Both the position numbers and the translations under genes were made by a program. Below, one piece after another: positions 47,044 through 57,305 of a stretch of 64,000 bases of DNA. The stretch is from contig CAMMVQ010000003.1 in NCBI GenBank assembly GCA_946500425.1, positions 524-64,523 of the forward strand, read 5' to 3'. How positions within the stretch are numbered: the stretch's first letter is position 1; each line of letters begins with the position of its first letter. This DNA is from an uncultured Mollicutes bacterium (GTDB lineage Bacteria > Bacillota_I > Bacilli_A > RF39 > UBA660). The notes under the pieces are model-generated. The model was not told the origin of the DNA, did not search any database, and saw only the letters and a list, made by a program, of their open reading frames with translations.

Positions 47044-47730
47044 ATGAAGTGTGTTAAGTGCGGTAAAGAAATAACTAAATATGATGCTTATTGTAATAAT
47101 TGTGGAACGATAAACTTAAATTGTGATAAAAATAAAGTATTACAGGATATGCTAGAAGATAAAAACTATCAATATGAGGTTAATAATCTTTGGCATAATA
47201 AACTATCTAGATTTTTAGATAATAGTAAACAATTATTTGTTTTACTTAATTTAATTTCATTCATAATTAGTTTTCCTGTTTTTAAATATGTTTTTGATAT
47301 TGGTAATAGATATAATTTATTACTTCTAGTTTTTGTATTAATGCTTAATTTTTATAGATTGTGCATTCAGTTCATATTAAAAAAAGCTAAAATGCATTGG
47401 TGGGGCATGTTTATTCCTGGATATGATATATATTTAATGTTTAAATTATCATTTGGAAATGGTTATTTGTTTATATTAATGCTTTTTCCTATGATGGTGT
47501 TTTTTGTTTCGGTAGACTTGTTAAGTTCAGCAGCTGGTTTAGGAATATTAGTATTTGTTCTAGAAATGGGCTCATTAATGATAATTCTAATTGAAATGCT
47601 TGTGTTGCTATTCATGATTGGAAGACGTTTCGGAAGAAGTGGGATTATAACGGTGTTATTTTTTTATGTTATAATTCCAAGTATAGCTTTTAATAAAAAA
47701 TATGTTTATGATGATAAGTATGAATACTGA
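47044..47730 (+). CDS. Zinc-ribbon membrane protein (228 aa)
   Basis: CVKCG...CNNCG ribbon followed by 4-5 TM helices. AAGGAG precedes ATG 47044; the ORF-track TTG 46975 is an upstream extension. Confidence 0.7.
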   Translation: MKCVKCGKEITKYDAYCNNCGTINLNCDKNKVLQDMLEDKNYQYEVNNLWHNKLSRFLDNSKQLFVLLNLISFIISFPVFKYVFDIGNRYNLLLLVFVLMLNFYRLCIQFILKKAKMHWWGMFIPGYDIYLMFKLSFGNGYLFILMLFPMMVFFVSVDLLSSAAGLGILVFVLEMGSLMIILIEMLVLLFMIGRRFGRSGIITVLFFYVIIPSIAFNKKYVYDDKYEY

Positions 47731-47990
47731 TTATTTAGTAGAACAGGTAGTGAATAAAAAAATTAATGAGATGTATATTATATATAGTATCGACTGCTAA
47801 TAAAGATTTTATCTTAAAAGTAGGCAGAGATTATAATAGCAATTAGAAATCCAGGTTACTGGCTTTTTGCGTTATTTAATGCATAATATGTTTATATTTA
47901 GTTTCTATAATTAAAATAAGTTATGGTATATGTTTTTACAATATTTTTAGAAAAGTACTATATAATAGTCTGCTAAAAAAGGAGCGTAAC

Positions 47991-48875
47991 ATGAACTACT
48001 ATAACGAAATAAAACAAGAACTAATAAATAATGAAACATATAAAAAGGTAAAAGACTACTCTAAAAATAGAAATGATTTAAAAACATATTATAACGTTGG
48101 AAAACTTTTAAGTGATGCAGGAAAACATTATGGTGAAGGAATAATAAAGAAATATTCTGTTAGTTTAACAAAAGAATTGGGTAAAGGATATACATTTACT
48201 GCACTTTTTAGAATGAGACAGTTTTATGAATTGAACAAAAATATTGCGACAGTGTCGCAAGTTTTAACATGGAGTCATTATTTGGAACTTATTCCAATAG
48301 GTAATATTAATAAAATAAATTATTATATAAAAATTACAGAGGAACAAAATTTATCAGTTCGAGAGTTAAGACAAAGAATAAAAAATAAAGAATACGAAAG
48401 ATTAGATAAAAAAACTAAAGAAAAATTAATAAAGAAGGAAGAAAATAAAGTAGAAGATTTTATTAAAAATCCAATCCTAATAAAAAATAGTTTTAATACA
48501 AGTAACATTTCGGAAAAAATGCTAAAGTATTTAATACTAGAAAACTTAGATAACTTTTTAGAGGAATTAGGAAGTGGTTTTACTTATATAAAAAATGAAT
48601 TTAAAATAAAAATAGGTAACAGATATAATTACATAGATTTACTATTATATAACATTAATTTTAATTGTTACGTAGTGGTTGAACTAAAAGTAACGGAATT
48701 AAAAAAAGAACATATTGGACAAATAGAAACGTACATGGCTTACGTTGATAAGAATATTAAACAGGTAGAGCAAAATAATACTATAGGAATTATTATATGC
48801 AAAAAAGATAACGTCTTTATCATGAAATATGTAACAAATAAGAATGTTTTTGAAAGGGAATACCAATTGCTATAA
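47991..48875 (+). CDS. YhcG-like PD-(D/E)xK nuclease (DUF1016)
   Basis: C-terminal core GSGFTYIKNEF...YIDLLLYNINFNCYVVVELKVTELKKEHIGQIETYMAYVD matches the DUF1016 D...(D/E)xK layout. RBS AAGGAG. Confidence 0.75.
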   Translation: MNYYNEIKQELINNETYKKVKDYSKNRNDLKTYYNVGKLLSDAGKHYGEGIIKKYSVSLTKELGKGYTFTALFRMRQFYELNKNIATVSQVLTWSHYLELIPIGNINKINYYIKITEEQNLSVRELRQRIKNKEYERLDKKTKEKLIKKEENKVEDFIKNPILIKNSFNTSNISEKMLKYLILENLDNFLEELGSGFTYIKNEFKIKIGNRYNYIDLLLYNINFNCYVVVELKVTELKKEHIGQIETYMAYVDKNIKQVEQNNTIGIIICKKDNVFIMKYVTNKNVFEREYQLL

Positions 48876-48982
48876 TTCAAGTGAAAGTTAATCCTACGTA
48901 AAAAAGTGTCAAGAATTTTGCACTTTTTTAAATTGTTGTGATATAATGCTTTTAGGTTAAAGAACGTAAGGAGTAGATATAA

Positions 48983-50893
48983 ATGGCGAAATATGATGAG
49001 TCATCAATTAAAATATTAGAAGGTTTAGAGGCCGTAAGGAAAAGACCAGGTATGTATATTGGTTCAACTGATAAAAGAGGTTTACACCATTTAGTTTGGG
49101 AAATCGTTGATAACGGAATCGATGAAGTTATAAATGGGTATGGTAATCATATTAAGGTTATAATTCATAAAGACGGTTCAGTATCTGTTTCTGATGAGGG
49201 ACGTGGTGTTCCAGTTGGAATGCATGCTTCAGGAAAGTCAACCCCAGAGGTAATATATACGGTACTACATGCCGGAGGTAAGTTCCAAGAAGGTGGTTAC
49301 AAGGTATCTGGAGGACTTCATGGAGTTGGAGCTTCGGTTGTTAATGCTTTATCTAAATGGATGAAAGTTACCACATATCGCGATGGTGGCAAGTACGAAA
49401 TTAGTTTTAAAGATGGCGGTAAATTAGATGAACCTTTAAAAAAGATTGGTACCACAAACAAAACTGGTACTACCGTACGTTTTATGCCTGATGATACCAT
49501 TTTTTCTTCAACTACTTTTTCGTTTACTACGATATGTGAAAGAATGCAAGAATCTGCCTTTTTACTTAAAGGTCTTACCGCGACGGTAATTGATGAAGAA
49601 GACGAAAAAGAAGCTGTTTACCATTATGCTAAAGGATTAGAAGAATTTGTTTTATATTTAAACGAAGGTAAAAAGCCACTTCATAACGTTATTGGTTTTG
49701 AAGCTACTAAAGAAAAAATAGAAGTAGATATTGCCATGCAGTACACCGAAGGATATAACGAAAACGTCGTATCTTTCGTTAATAACGTTAAAACTTCAGA
49801 TGGTGGTAGTCATGAAGTTGGTCTTAAAACGGCTTTAACAAAAGTATTTAATGATTATGCAAGAGAAAATGGATACTTAAAAACAAAAGATAAAAACTTT
49901 GAAGGTTCTGACGTAAGAGAAGGTTTAACCGTTGTCTTATCATTAAAAATTCCTGAAGATTTATTGCAATTCGAAGGTCAAACCAAAGGAAAGCTTGGAA
50001 CACCACTTGCAAAGACGGTGGTAGAACAAATCGTTTATGAAAAAATGCAGTTTTTCCTAGAAGAAAATAAAATGGTTGCAACCGACATAATAAATAAAGC
50101 TTTAAAAGGAAAGATGGCAAGAGAAGCCGCTAGAAAAGCAAGAGAAGAAGCACGTAAAGGAAAAACAAAAGGAAGTAAAGAAAAGAATATTAGTGATAAA
50201 TTAGCGCCTGCAACAAAAAAGAATCCAAAGAAAAACGAGTTATTTATTGTTGAGGGTGATTCAGCTGGTGGCAGTGCTAAAACTGGTCGAGATAGAGAGT
50301 ATCAGGCAATATTGCCACTTCGTGGTAAGGTTTTAAACACGGAAAGATGCACGGTTGAAGAAGCTTATAAAAACGCTGAAATAAATACGCTTATATATAC
50401 CATTGGTGCAGGCGTTGGACCTGATTTTAACATTGAAGACTGTAACTATGATAAAATTGTTATCATGACCGATGCTGATGATGATGGTTGTCACATACAA
50501 GTTTTACTAATTACTTTCTTTTATCGTTACATGAGACCATTAATCGAAGAGGGAAAAGTTTACATTGCAAATCCACCACTTTATAAAGTGGCTTTCTCTA
50601 AAAAAGAAGAGATTTATGTTTACTCTGATGAGGAACTAAAGAAAGTATCTCAAGGAAGACGAATAGAAGATTTACAAAGATATAAAGGTTTAGGAGAGAT
50701 GGATGCAACTCAGCTTTGGGAAACTACCATGGACCCAGAACGAAGAAGCCTAATAAAAGTTAAAATAACCGACGTTGCATTAGCAGAAAAAAGAGTTTCT
50801 GTTTTAATGGGAGATAACGTTGAGCCAAGAAAAGAATGGATTGAAGAAAACGTTGATTTTTCACTTGAAGATAATTATGAAATAAAAGGTTAG
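48983..50893 (+). CDS. parE: DNA topoisomerase IV subunit B
   Basis: GHKL ATPase (LEGLEAVRKRPGMYIGST, HHLVWEIVDN) and TOPRIM (EGDSAGGSAK, MTDADDDG). Called ParE because the partner protein looks like ParC. Confidence 0.85.
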   Translation: MAKYDESSIKILEGLEAVRKRPGMYIGSTDKRGLHHLVWEIVDNGIDEVINGYGNHIKVIIHKDGSVSVSDEGRGVPVGMHASGKSTPEVIYTVLHAGGKFQEGGYKVSGGLHGVGASVVNALSKWMKVTTYRDGGKYEISFKDGGKLDEPLKKIGTTNKTGTTVRFMPDDTIFSSTTFSFTTICERMQESAFLLKGLTATVIDEEDEKEAVYHYAKGLEEFVLYLNEGKKPLHNVIGFEATKEKIEVDIAMQYTEGYNENVVSFVNNVKTSDGGSHEVGLKTALTKVFNDYARENGYLKTKDKNFEGSDVREGLTVVLSLKIPEDLLQFEGQTKGKLGTPLAKTVVEQIVYEKMQFFLEENKMVATDIINKALKGKMAREAARKAREEARKGKTKGSKEKNISDKLAPATKKNPKKNELFIVEGDSAGGSAKTGRDREYQAILPLRGKVLNTERCTVEEAYKNAEINTLIYTIGAGVGPDFNIEDCNYDKIVIMTDADDDGCHIQVLLITFFYRYMRPLIEEGKVYIANPPLYKVAFSKKEEIYVYSDEELKKVSQGRRIEDLQRYKGLGEMDATQLWETTMDPERRSLIKVKITDVALAEKRVSVLMGDNVEPRKEWIEENVDFSLEDNYEIKG

Positions 50894-50904
50894 GAGGTGA
50901 TAGT

Positions 50905-53436
50905 GTGTCTGAATTAACAAAACGTATATATGATTATTCATTAGAAGAAATAATGGGAGAGCGCTTTGGAAGATATTGTAAAACAATTATTCTAGATAGG
51001 GCATTACCAGACGTAAGAGATGGTCTTAAACCGGTTCAAAGAAGGATTCTTTTTGGAATGTATAAAAGTGGTAATACTTATGACAAAAAGTATCGTAAAA
51101 GTGCTAAAGCGGTAGGAGAGATAATGGGTAATTATCATCCACATGGTGACTCTTCAATTTATGATGCAATGGTAAGAATGAGTCAGGATTGGAAGATGAT
51201 GACTCCTTACATCGACATGCATGGTAATAATGGCTCGATGGACGGTGATGGTGCCGCTGCAATGCGTTATACCGAGGCAAGATTATCAAAGATAAGTAAT
51301 GAACTTTTAAATGACATTAATAAAGATACCGTTATGATGGCGCCTAACTATGACGATACTTTAGAAGAACCTACCGTTTTACCAGCAGGCTTCCCAAATC
51401 TTTTAGTTAATGGTTCAACCGGAATATCTGCCGGATACGCAACTAACATACCTCCTCATAACTTAGGAGAAGTAATTGACGCTTGTATAAAAAGAATTGA
51501 TAGCCCGAATTGTACATTAGATACCATAATGTCGGTTTTACCAGGTCCTGATTTTCCAACTGGTGGAGTGATTGAAGGTGCTAAACAAATTAAGGAAGCA
51601 TATCAAACTGGTAAGGGAAAAATCGTTGTAAAATCAAAGTATGAAATAGTTGATACCAAGACTAAAAAACAAATTATCATAACGGAAATACCATACGAAG
51701 TTAACAAAGCTAGCATGGTAAAAAAGATGAATGATATTAGAATTGATAAAAAAATAGAAGGTATTAGCGAGGTGAGAGACGAAACATCACGTGGTGAGTT
51801 ACGTGTTGTAATAGACTTAAAAAAAGACGCTGATATTAATTTAGTGGTTAATTACTTATTAAAGAATACCGAAATGCAAATATCATACAGCTTTAACATG
51901 ATAGCAATAGTTAACAGAAGACCAAGACAAGTTGGTGTGTTAAGCATTTTAGATGCGTTTATTAATCACCGAAAAGAAGTGGTAACAAGAAGAACTAATT
52001 TTGATTTAGCTCACGCTAAAGAGCGTTATCATATATTGGAAGGACTAATTAAAGCAATTAGTATTTTAGATGAAGTAATAAAAGTAATTAGAGCATCTAA
52101 AAATAAAGCTGATGCAATCCAAAATCTAGTTAAAGAATTTTCTTTTACAGAAAAGCAAGCAACCGCTATCGTTATGTTACAATTATATCGTTTAACCAAT
52201 ACCGATATAACAGATGTAAAGCGTGAGATGGAAGAATTAGAAAATGCAATTAAGGAGTATGAACTTATTTTAAAAGACGAAAATGAGCTTAAGAAGGTTA
52301 TTAAAGAAGAATTAAGAAGAATAAAAAAAGAGTTTGCAAAGCCAAGGATAACCGAGATAAAAGACGAAATAACCGAAATAAAAATAGATATGACGGCGAT
52401 GATTCCAAAAGAAGACGTGGTAGTTGTTGTAACTAATGAAGGTTACGTTAAAAGGGTGTCTAAAAAATCATACCAAGCATCAGATGGTGAAGATACTACG
52501 GTTAAAGAAAATGATTTTGTAATAGGTTTATTTGAACAAAATACGCTTGATACGCTTTTGTTATTTACAAATAAGGGTAATTATTTATACATTCCAGTTC
52601 ATGAACTTCCTGAGCTTAAATGGAAAGAACTTGGAAAACACGTAAGTAACATTGTTGCGATAGCTTCTGATGAAAAGATAATAAAATCGTTGCCAGTAAA
52701 AGAATTTAACGAAAGAGAAGTTCTTACCTTTACAAAAAATGGTATGACTAAAAAATCTTTACTTTCTGATTTTAAAGTTCAAAGATATTCAAAACCAATT
52801 ACGTTTATTAAATTAAAAGATGATGATGAAGTAGTAAATGTTACTATTGAACCTTATAACGAGGTATTTATTACTACTAAAAATGGATATGGTCTTTGGT
52901 ATGATAGAAGCGAAATACCAACGATTGGACTTAAAACTGCTGGTGTTAAAGCAATTAACTTGAAAGATGATATCGTTGTAAGTGCAAATCTTTTTGATGG
53001 GGATTTTGAGTATGTTACGGTAATAACCGAAAAAGGTTTAGCTAAAAGAGTTAAATTATCTGAATTTGAAAAAACTTCAAGAGCTAAAAGAGGACTATTA
53101 TTATTAAGGGAAGTTAAGAGTAATCCTCAAAAAGTATTATGTACTTTAGTTTCTGATGCTAAGCATAACGTTATTTTAAGTACTAACAAAGAAGAAAAAG
53201 AACTTAAGTTAACCGAAATTCCGATAATGGATAGGTACTCGGTAGGTAGTACGATAGTTAAAGAAAAAGTTAAAAGTGTTCATGAGGTTATTACGTTAAC
53301 GAAAGATGAAGCTTATGTAAAACCAGTCGCCAAATCTATAACGAAAGAAGAATCAAAAGAAAAGAAAGAAGTTTCGCTAAAAGAAATTGATGATAAGTTT
53401 ATGACGATTGATGATTTTTTAGATAATTTTGATTAG
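50905..53436 (+). CDS. parC: DNA topoisomerase IV subunit A
   Basis: N-terminus GERFGRYCKTIILDRALPDVRDGLKPVQRRIL and active-site AAMRYTE. No GyrA box (QxRGGxG) is present; the equivalent position reads YQASDGED. GTG start follows AGGAGGTGA. Confidence 0.85.
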   Translation: MSELTKRIYDYSLEEIMGERFGRYCKTIILDRALPDVRDGLKPVQRRILFGMYKSGNTYDKKYRKSAKAVGEIMGNYHPHGDSSIYDAMVRMSQDWKMMTPYIDMHGNNGSMDGDGAAAMRYTEARLSKISNELLNDINKDTVMMAPNYDDTLEEPTVLPAGFPNLLVNGSTGISAGYATNIPPHNLGEVIDACIKRIDSPNCTLDTIMSVLPGPDFPTGGVIEGAKQIKEAYQTGKGKIVVKSKYEIVDTKTKKQIIITEIPYEVNKASMVKKMNDIRIDKKIEGISEVRDETSRGELRVVIDLKKDADINLVVNYLLKNTEMQISYSFNMIAIVNRRPRQVGVLSILDAFINHRKEVVTRRTNFDLAHAKERYHILEGLIKAISILDEVIKVIRASKNKADAIQNLVKEFSFTEKQATAIVMLQLYRLTNTDITDVKREMEELENAIKEYELILKDENELKKVIKEELRRIKKEFAKPRITEIKDEITEIKIDMTAMIPKEDVVVVVTNEGYVKRVSKKSYQASDGEDTTVKENDFVIGLFEQNTLDTLLLFTNKGNYLYIPVHELPELKWKELGKHVSNIVAIASDEKIIKSLPVKEFNEREVLTFTKNGMTKKSLLSDFKVQRYSKPITFIKLKDDDEVVNVTIEPYNEVFITTKNGYGLWYDRSEIPTIGLKTAGVKAINLKDDIVVSANLFDGDFEYVTVITEKGLAKRVKLSEFEKTSRAKRGLLLLREVKSNPQKVLCTLVSDAKHNVILSTNKEEKELKLTEIPIMDRYSVGSTIVKEKVKSVHEVITLTKDEAYVKPVAKSITKEESKEKKEVSLKEIDDKFMTIDDFLDNFD

Positions 53437-53466
53437 ACAAGAAAATTTGTTTTCTTGTCTTTTTTA
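53435..53466 (+). terminator. Intrinsic terminator after parC
   Basis: Stem AGACAAGAAAA/TTTTCTTGTCT followed by TTTTT. Confidence 0.8.
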
Positions 53467-53573
53467 TTATTTAAGAATAAAGTAGGCACAATATTTATTA
53501 GTTTAGATTTTAATAGAAATTTTAATGGTCACTGACTTTTAACTTTATCATAAAATATTATGGTGATTTATTT

Positions 53574-53927
53574 TTGAATTTGTTAGATATTATTTATTTA
53601 AATGAAGTTTTAAAAACATATTTTAACGATGATGAGGAAATGGTAGTTAATTTGTTTTCTAACGGATATTGTTTAGAGTACCATCGTTTGTTAAAAATGC
53701 TTTATCCTGATTGTAAGATGGTATTAGAAAAGAATAATGATCATTGTGCCACTTTAATAGATGGTACGATTTATGATGTTTATGGTTATAGAAATAAAAA
53801 AGAATTTATTATAGCTACCAAAGAAGAAGAGGCTTTTGTTAATAGCTTTTATTGTCATTTTTCTGATAAAGAGTTTGATACTATTTCATTTTTAGTAAAA
53901 GATAAATTTGATAAACGTAAAAAATAA
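53574..53927 (+). CDS. Hypothetical protein (117 aa), TTG start
   Basis: ORF with GGTGAT upstream of the TTG. No recognised motif. Confidence 0.5.
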   Translation: MNLLDIIYLNEVLKTYFNDDEEMVVNLFSNGYCLEYHRLLKMLYPDCKMVLEKNNDHCATLIDGTIYDVYGYRNKKEFIIATKEEEAFVNSFYCHFSDKEFDTISFLVKDKFDKRKK

Positions 53928-54013
53928 TATAAAAAAATATAAATATTTTGGTATAATGATAAAAGTAGACATATTACTTAATTTTTATGTATTATCATTT
54001 ATTTGGTGATGAT

Positions 54014-54187
54014 ATGAAAGTTAAAGTATTTGATTGCGACCATGAAAAAGATTTAGAAGAATGCGTAAATGAATTTATTGCTGGAAAAGAAATTATTGAT
54101 ATAAAGTATCAAGTTTCGATTGCAACGTGCGGTGAAGAACAATTATACTGTTTTTCAGCGATGATTATATACGTTAACAAGGGATGA
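54014..54187 (+). CDS. cse60: Cse60-like sporulation protein (57 aa)
   Basis: MKVKVFDCDHEKDLEECVNEFI...IIDIKYQVSIATCGEEQLYCFSAMIIY matches the Cse60 pattern (KLFDEEHEKDLE...IDIKYQV...EQIYCFSAMILY, from memory). Confidence 0.75.
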   Translation: MKVKVFDCDHEKDLEECVNEFIAGKEIIDIKYQVSIATCGEEQLYCFSAMIIYVNKG

Positions 54188-54192
54188 TGTAA

Positions 54193-55812
54193 GTGAAGAA
54201 AAATAGTTTTATCAATGGTGCTTTAATTGCGACGGCGGCTATCGTTATAACGAAGTTTTTAGGTATAATATACGTTATACCTTTTTATGCTATAATAGGA
54301 GAGTCTAACATTGCACTTTATGGTTATGCTTATACGATTTATAACTTATTTTTATCTTTATCAACGGTTGGGATACCACCTGCGATGAGTAAGTTAATTA
54401 GTGAGTATAACACTAAAGGATATTATCATACTAAAGAAAGAGCTTATAAACTAGGAAAAATATTATTAATTAGTCTTGGTATAGTATTATTTGTAATAAT
54501 GTTTATGGGAGCGCCTTTTATTGCTAATCAAATAATGGGAGATAATACTGGTGGTAACTCAATCGAAAGTATCACCTTTGTAATAAGGGTAATATCAACC
54601 GCTATTTTAGTAGTTCCTTTTTTAAGTGTTACAAAAGGTTATCTACAAGGACACAAATTTATTTCTCCGCCTTCAATTAGTCAAGTAATAGAACAATTAG
54701 TTAGAATAATTGTTATTTTAGTAGGTAGTTATGTTTGTATGAACGTATTAAATACTGGGGTAACAAAGGCGATAGGGGTTGCTGTTTTTGGTGCGACGGT
54801 AGGAGCAGTTGCCGCTCTTGTTTACCTTCTTTTCATGATGCATAAACACAAAAAAGACATCATAACTAACGAGGTGCAAAAACAAGAAGAAAAGAAAATA
54901 ACAAATAAAGCAATCATAAAAAAACTATTAATTTATTCGGTACCTTTTATATCTTTTGGCCTTGCTTTATCAGTTTACGACTACATTGACATGACAACCA
55001 TAATTGATGGCCTTACGAGTTTAGGCTTTAAAACCGCTGACGCAGAAAGCGTATTAGGCGTTATAAACACCACCGGTAACAAGTTAAACAGCGTTGTATT
55101 AGCCATCTCAACCGGGCTTATGACGAGTCTTGTTCCAAACATAACGGCAAGCTTTGTAAAAGGGGATAAAAAAGACGTAAAAAGAAAAGTTAACCAATCA
55201 TTTTTAATGCTTCTTTTCGTTACCATCCCGATGGCGGTTGGATTAAGCATTTTAGCAGAACCAGTTTTCTATGCGTTTTATGGAGAAAGTAATTGGGGAC
55301 CAAAAGTATTTTGTTTTACTATTTTTATCGCCCTATTTAGGTGCATTTTTACGACCTCAGTTTCAATAGCACAATCGTTAAATAAATTTAAAAACGTGTT
55401 TGTTAGCATAATTGTAGGAATACTAGTTAAGCTTGTTTTACAATACCCGATGATGCATTTATTTAACGTGTTAGGCTTATATCCTTTCTGGGGAAGTACC
55501 CTAGCTACCTTGCTTGGACTTTCAACCTCGTTTATAACTAATTTAATTGTAATAAACAAGGTTGTTAAACTTGATTTAAAAGAATACTTTAAAAAGATGT
55601 TTAAATTTGTTTATCCGCTAGTAATCATGGTAGTAGTTTTATTAATAATGAAACAATTTGTTCCAATTTATGCTGGTACAAGGGTACATGCGATTGCAAT
55701 AATAGCATTATATGCCATTGTGGGTTCTGTAATATATTTTTCGTTAACCATTAAAAATGGAGTGTTTAAAGAAATTTTTGGTGACAAGTTGTTTAAAAAG
55801 TTGCGTAAATGA
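54193..55812 (+). CDS. MOP-superfamily flippase (MurJ / SpoVB / YtgP-like polysaccharide biosynthesis protein)
   Basis: About 14 TM helices. The N-terminal FINGALIATAAIVITKFLGIIYVIPF is typical of the family. GTG start. Confidence 0.8.
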   Translation: MKKNSFINGALIATAAIVITKFLGIIYVIPFYAIIGESNIALYGYAYTIYNLFLSLSTVGIPPAMSKLISEYNTKGYYHTKERAYKLGKILLISLGIVLFVIMFMGAPFIANQIMGDNTGGNSIESITFVIRVISTAILVVPFLSVTKGYLQGHKFISPPSISQVIEQLVRIIVILVGSYVCMNVLNTGVTKAIGVAVFGATVGAVAALVYLLFMMHKHKKDIITNEVQKQEEKKITNKAIIKKLLIYSVPFISFGLALSVYDYIDMTTIIDGLTSLGFKTADAESVLGVINTTGNKLNSVVLAISTGLMTSLVPNITASFVKGDKKDVKRKVNQSFLMLLFVTIPMAVGLSILAEPVFYAFYGESNWGPKVFCFTIFIALFRCIFTTSVSIAQSLNKFKNVFVSIIVGILVKLVLQYPMMHLFNVLGLYPFWGSTLATLLGLSTSFITNLIVINKVVKLDLKEYFKKMFKFVYPLVIMVVVLLIMKQFVPIYAGTRVHAIAIIALYAIVGSVIYFSLTIKNGVFKEIFGDKLFKKLRK

Positions 55813-55863
55813 TTTCGTATTTTATGGTTTTGTGATACATTATTAATGTAGGGGTGATAAATA

Positions 55864-56550
55864 ATGCCAAAGAATTTGGTAGAGGCTTTTAAACTTGATT
55901 TACAAAATAATTTTATGGTAGTAATGACAAAAAGAAGTTGGACAGCTTTATGCTTTCGTGCTTTGTGCAAAGTTTTTATGACAGAAAAATTTTATGACAG
56001 GTCTTATCCGACTTTGACAAGTTATATTGAAAGCCGTCCTAAAGAAGAAATTATTAGAGAAATTGAAAGCTATGCTGTTCACCCGGAAATAATGCTTGAT
56101 AATTATGAAAAAATTTCAGAAAGTGCATCCAATGGGATAATAGGTAAAGTTTTTAATGAAATGATTAATGATGCCATTAACGAAACTTTAGATAAACATA
56201 ATGTTTTTGACGATGACTTAAGGAGAAAAAGTGTTCAATATATTCATGAGCAGTTGAAATTAGGAAATTTTAACTTTATTACAGGAACTAAGAGAGATTT
56301 GGTGCAAATGATATTCGAAGATGAAAAGTTTAATAATCAAGATAGAATTAAAGGGGTTATTTGTAGAAAAATAGACATGATTAATGCTAATAATAGTTTT
56401 AAAGAACACTTAAAAAAACAAGTTAGTGATGAAACGATATCGCGTGAAGAACTAGAGAGGTATAGAACCATAACTCCTGAAGAAATTGATGAATACTTTA
56501 GTTTAATAAATGGATATGGTTCAAATAATGGTTCCGGACTTTCAATGTAG
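55864..56550 (+). CDS. Hypothetical protein, divergent member of a tandem paralog trio (P1, 228 aa)
   Basis: RBS GGGGTGA. The segment VFDDDLRRKSVQYIHEQLKLGNFNFITGTKRDLVQMIFEDEKF aligns with the P2 and P3 central segments. Confidence 0.65.
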   Translation: MPKNLVEAFKLDLQNNFMVVMTKRSWTALCFRALCKVFMTEKFYDRSYPTLTSYIESRPKEEIIREIESYAVHPEIMLDNYEKISESASNGIIGKVFNEMINDAINETLDKHNVFDDDLRRKSVQYIHEQLKLGNFNFITGTKRDLVQMIFEDEKFNNQDRIKGVICRKIDMINANNSFKEHLKKQVSDETISREELERYRTITPEEIDEYFSLINGYGSNNGSGLSM

Positions 56551-56571
56551 AATTAATTTAGGAGTGTTAGT

Positions 56572-57291
56572 ATGCTTAAGGAATTAAAAGACGAAATTTG
56601 TAAAGAGCTTATGAAAAATAGCATAACCGAAAGCATGGTCATAAAAGATTATTTTAACCAAACGGTAAATTGTTATTTTTATAAATTAATTGGTAATAAT
56701 AATTTAAACACACCAGAAGATTTTATTATAGAATGTTCTAGAGCCTTAGCTAAAAAGAAAGTAGCTAGCAATCCCTTGCCGTTTGCTAATGAAATTATAA
56801 TGGAGTCTAAAGTCCATGTTATTTATTATGAGCTAGTAAGAGAGCTAGATATGATTGTTCCTCATTGGAGGAATTATAAAAGAATAGAAGATTTAATAAA
56901 TGATATTGCAGAACAATTATCAAAGGATTATAAACCAGTCGTTTTTTCACTTGATGATGCCGTTTTAAGCACGGTTAACCGAAATATAGAACTTGGTTAT
57001 CGAGCGGAAAATACACGGGATATAGAAAGGCTGATAATAAAAATTTTTGATGATTATTTTTCTGGTGACACAAACGTTTTTACATCTAAACAAGGTGCAA
57101 GAAAGTACGTTTTAAAAAGAAGTAAAAGGCAGATATTAGAAGAGATGAACAGGCTTGCAAAAATTAATACGAATTTAACGATTGATGAACTTCAAAAAGC
57201 TATTATTAATGCTTATGCTAAAAATTTTTCTAATAGTTTTTGTAACGTTTTTTATGAAGAAGATTATGAGGGTAAACGTTATCATAAATAA
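56572..57291 (+). CDS. Hypothetical protein, tandem paralog P2 (239 aa)
   Basis: RBS AGGAG. Collinear similarity to P3 (YYELVRELDMIVPHWRNY / FYDDLVRSLTDINPLWEAY; GARKYVLKRSKRQILEEM / GARRYVASKSKEEILKEM). Confidence 0.65.
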   Translation: MLKELKDEICKELMKNSITESMVIKDYFNQTVNCYFYKLIGNNNLNTPEDFIIECSRALAKKKVASNPLPFANEIIMESKVHVIYYELVRELDMIVPHWRNYKRIEDLINDIAEQLSKDYKPVVFSLDDAVLSTVNRNIELGYRAENTRDIERLIIKIFDDYFSGDTNVFTSKQGARKYVLKRSKRQILEEMNRLAKINTNLTIDELQKAIINAYAKNFSNSFCNVFYEEDYEGKRYHK

Positions 57292-57305
57292 GAGGTGATT
57301 ATAAC

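Noticed and set aside
48983-53436. Calling this pair gyrB/gyrA
   Set aside because: The A subunit has the ParC-type N-terminus (GERFGRY...) and lacks a GyrA box (YQASDGED where QxRGGxG would be). The genes are not next to dnaA, dnaN or recF. A phylogenetic check would settle it.
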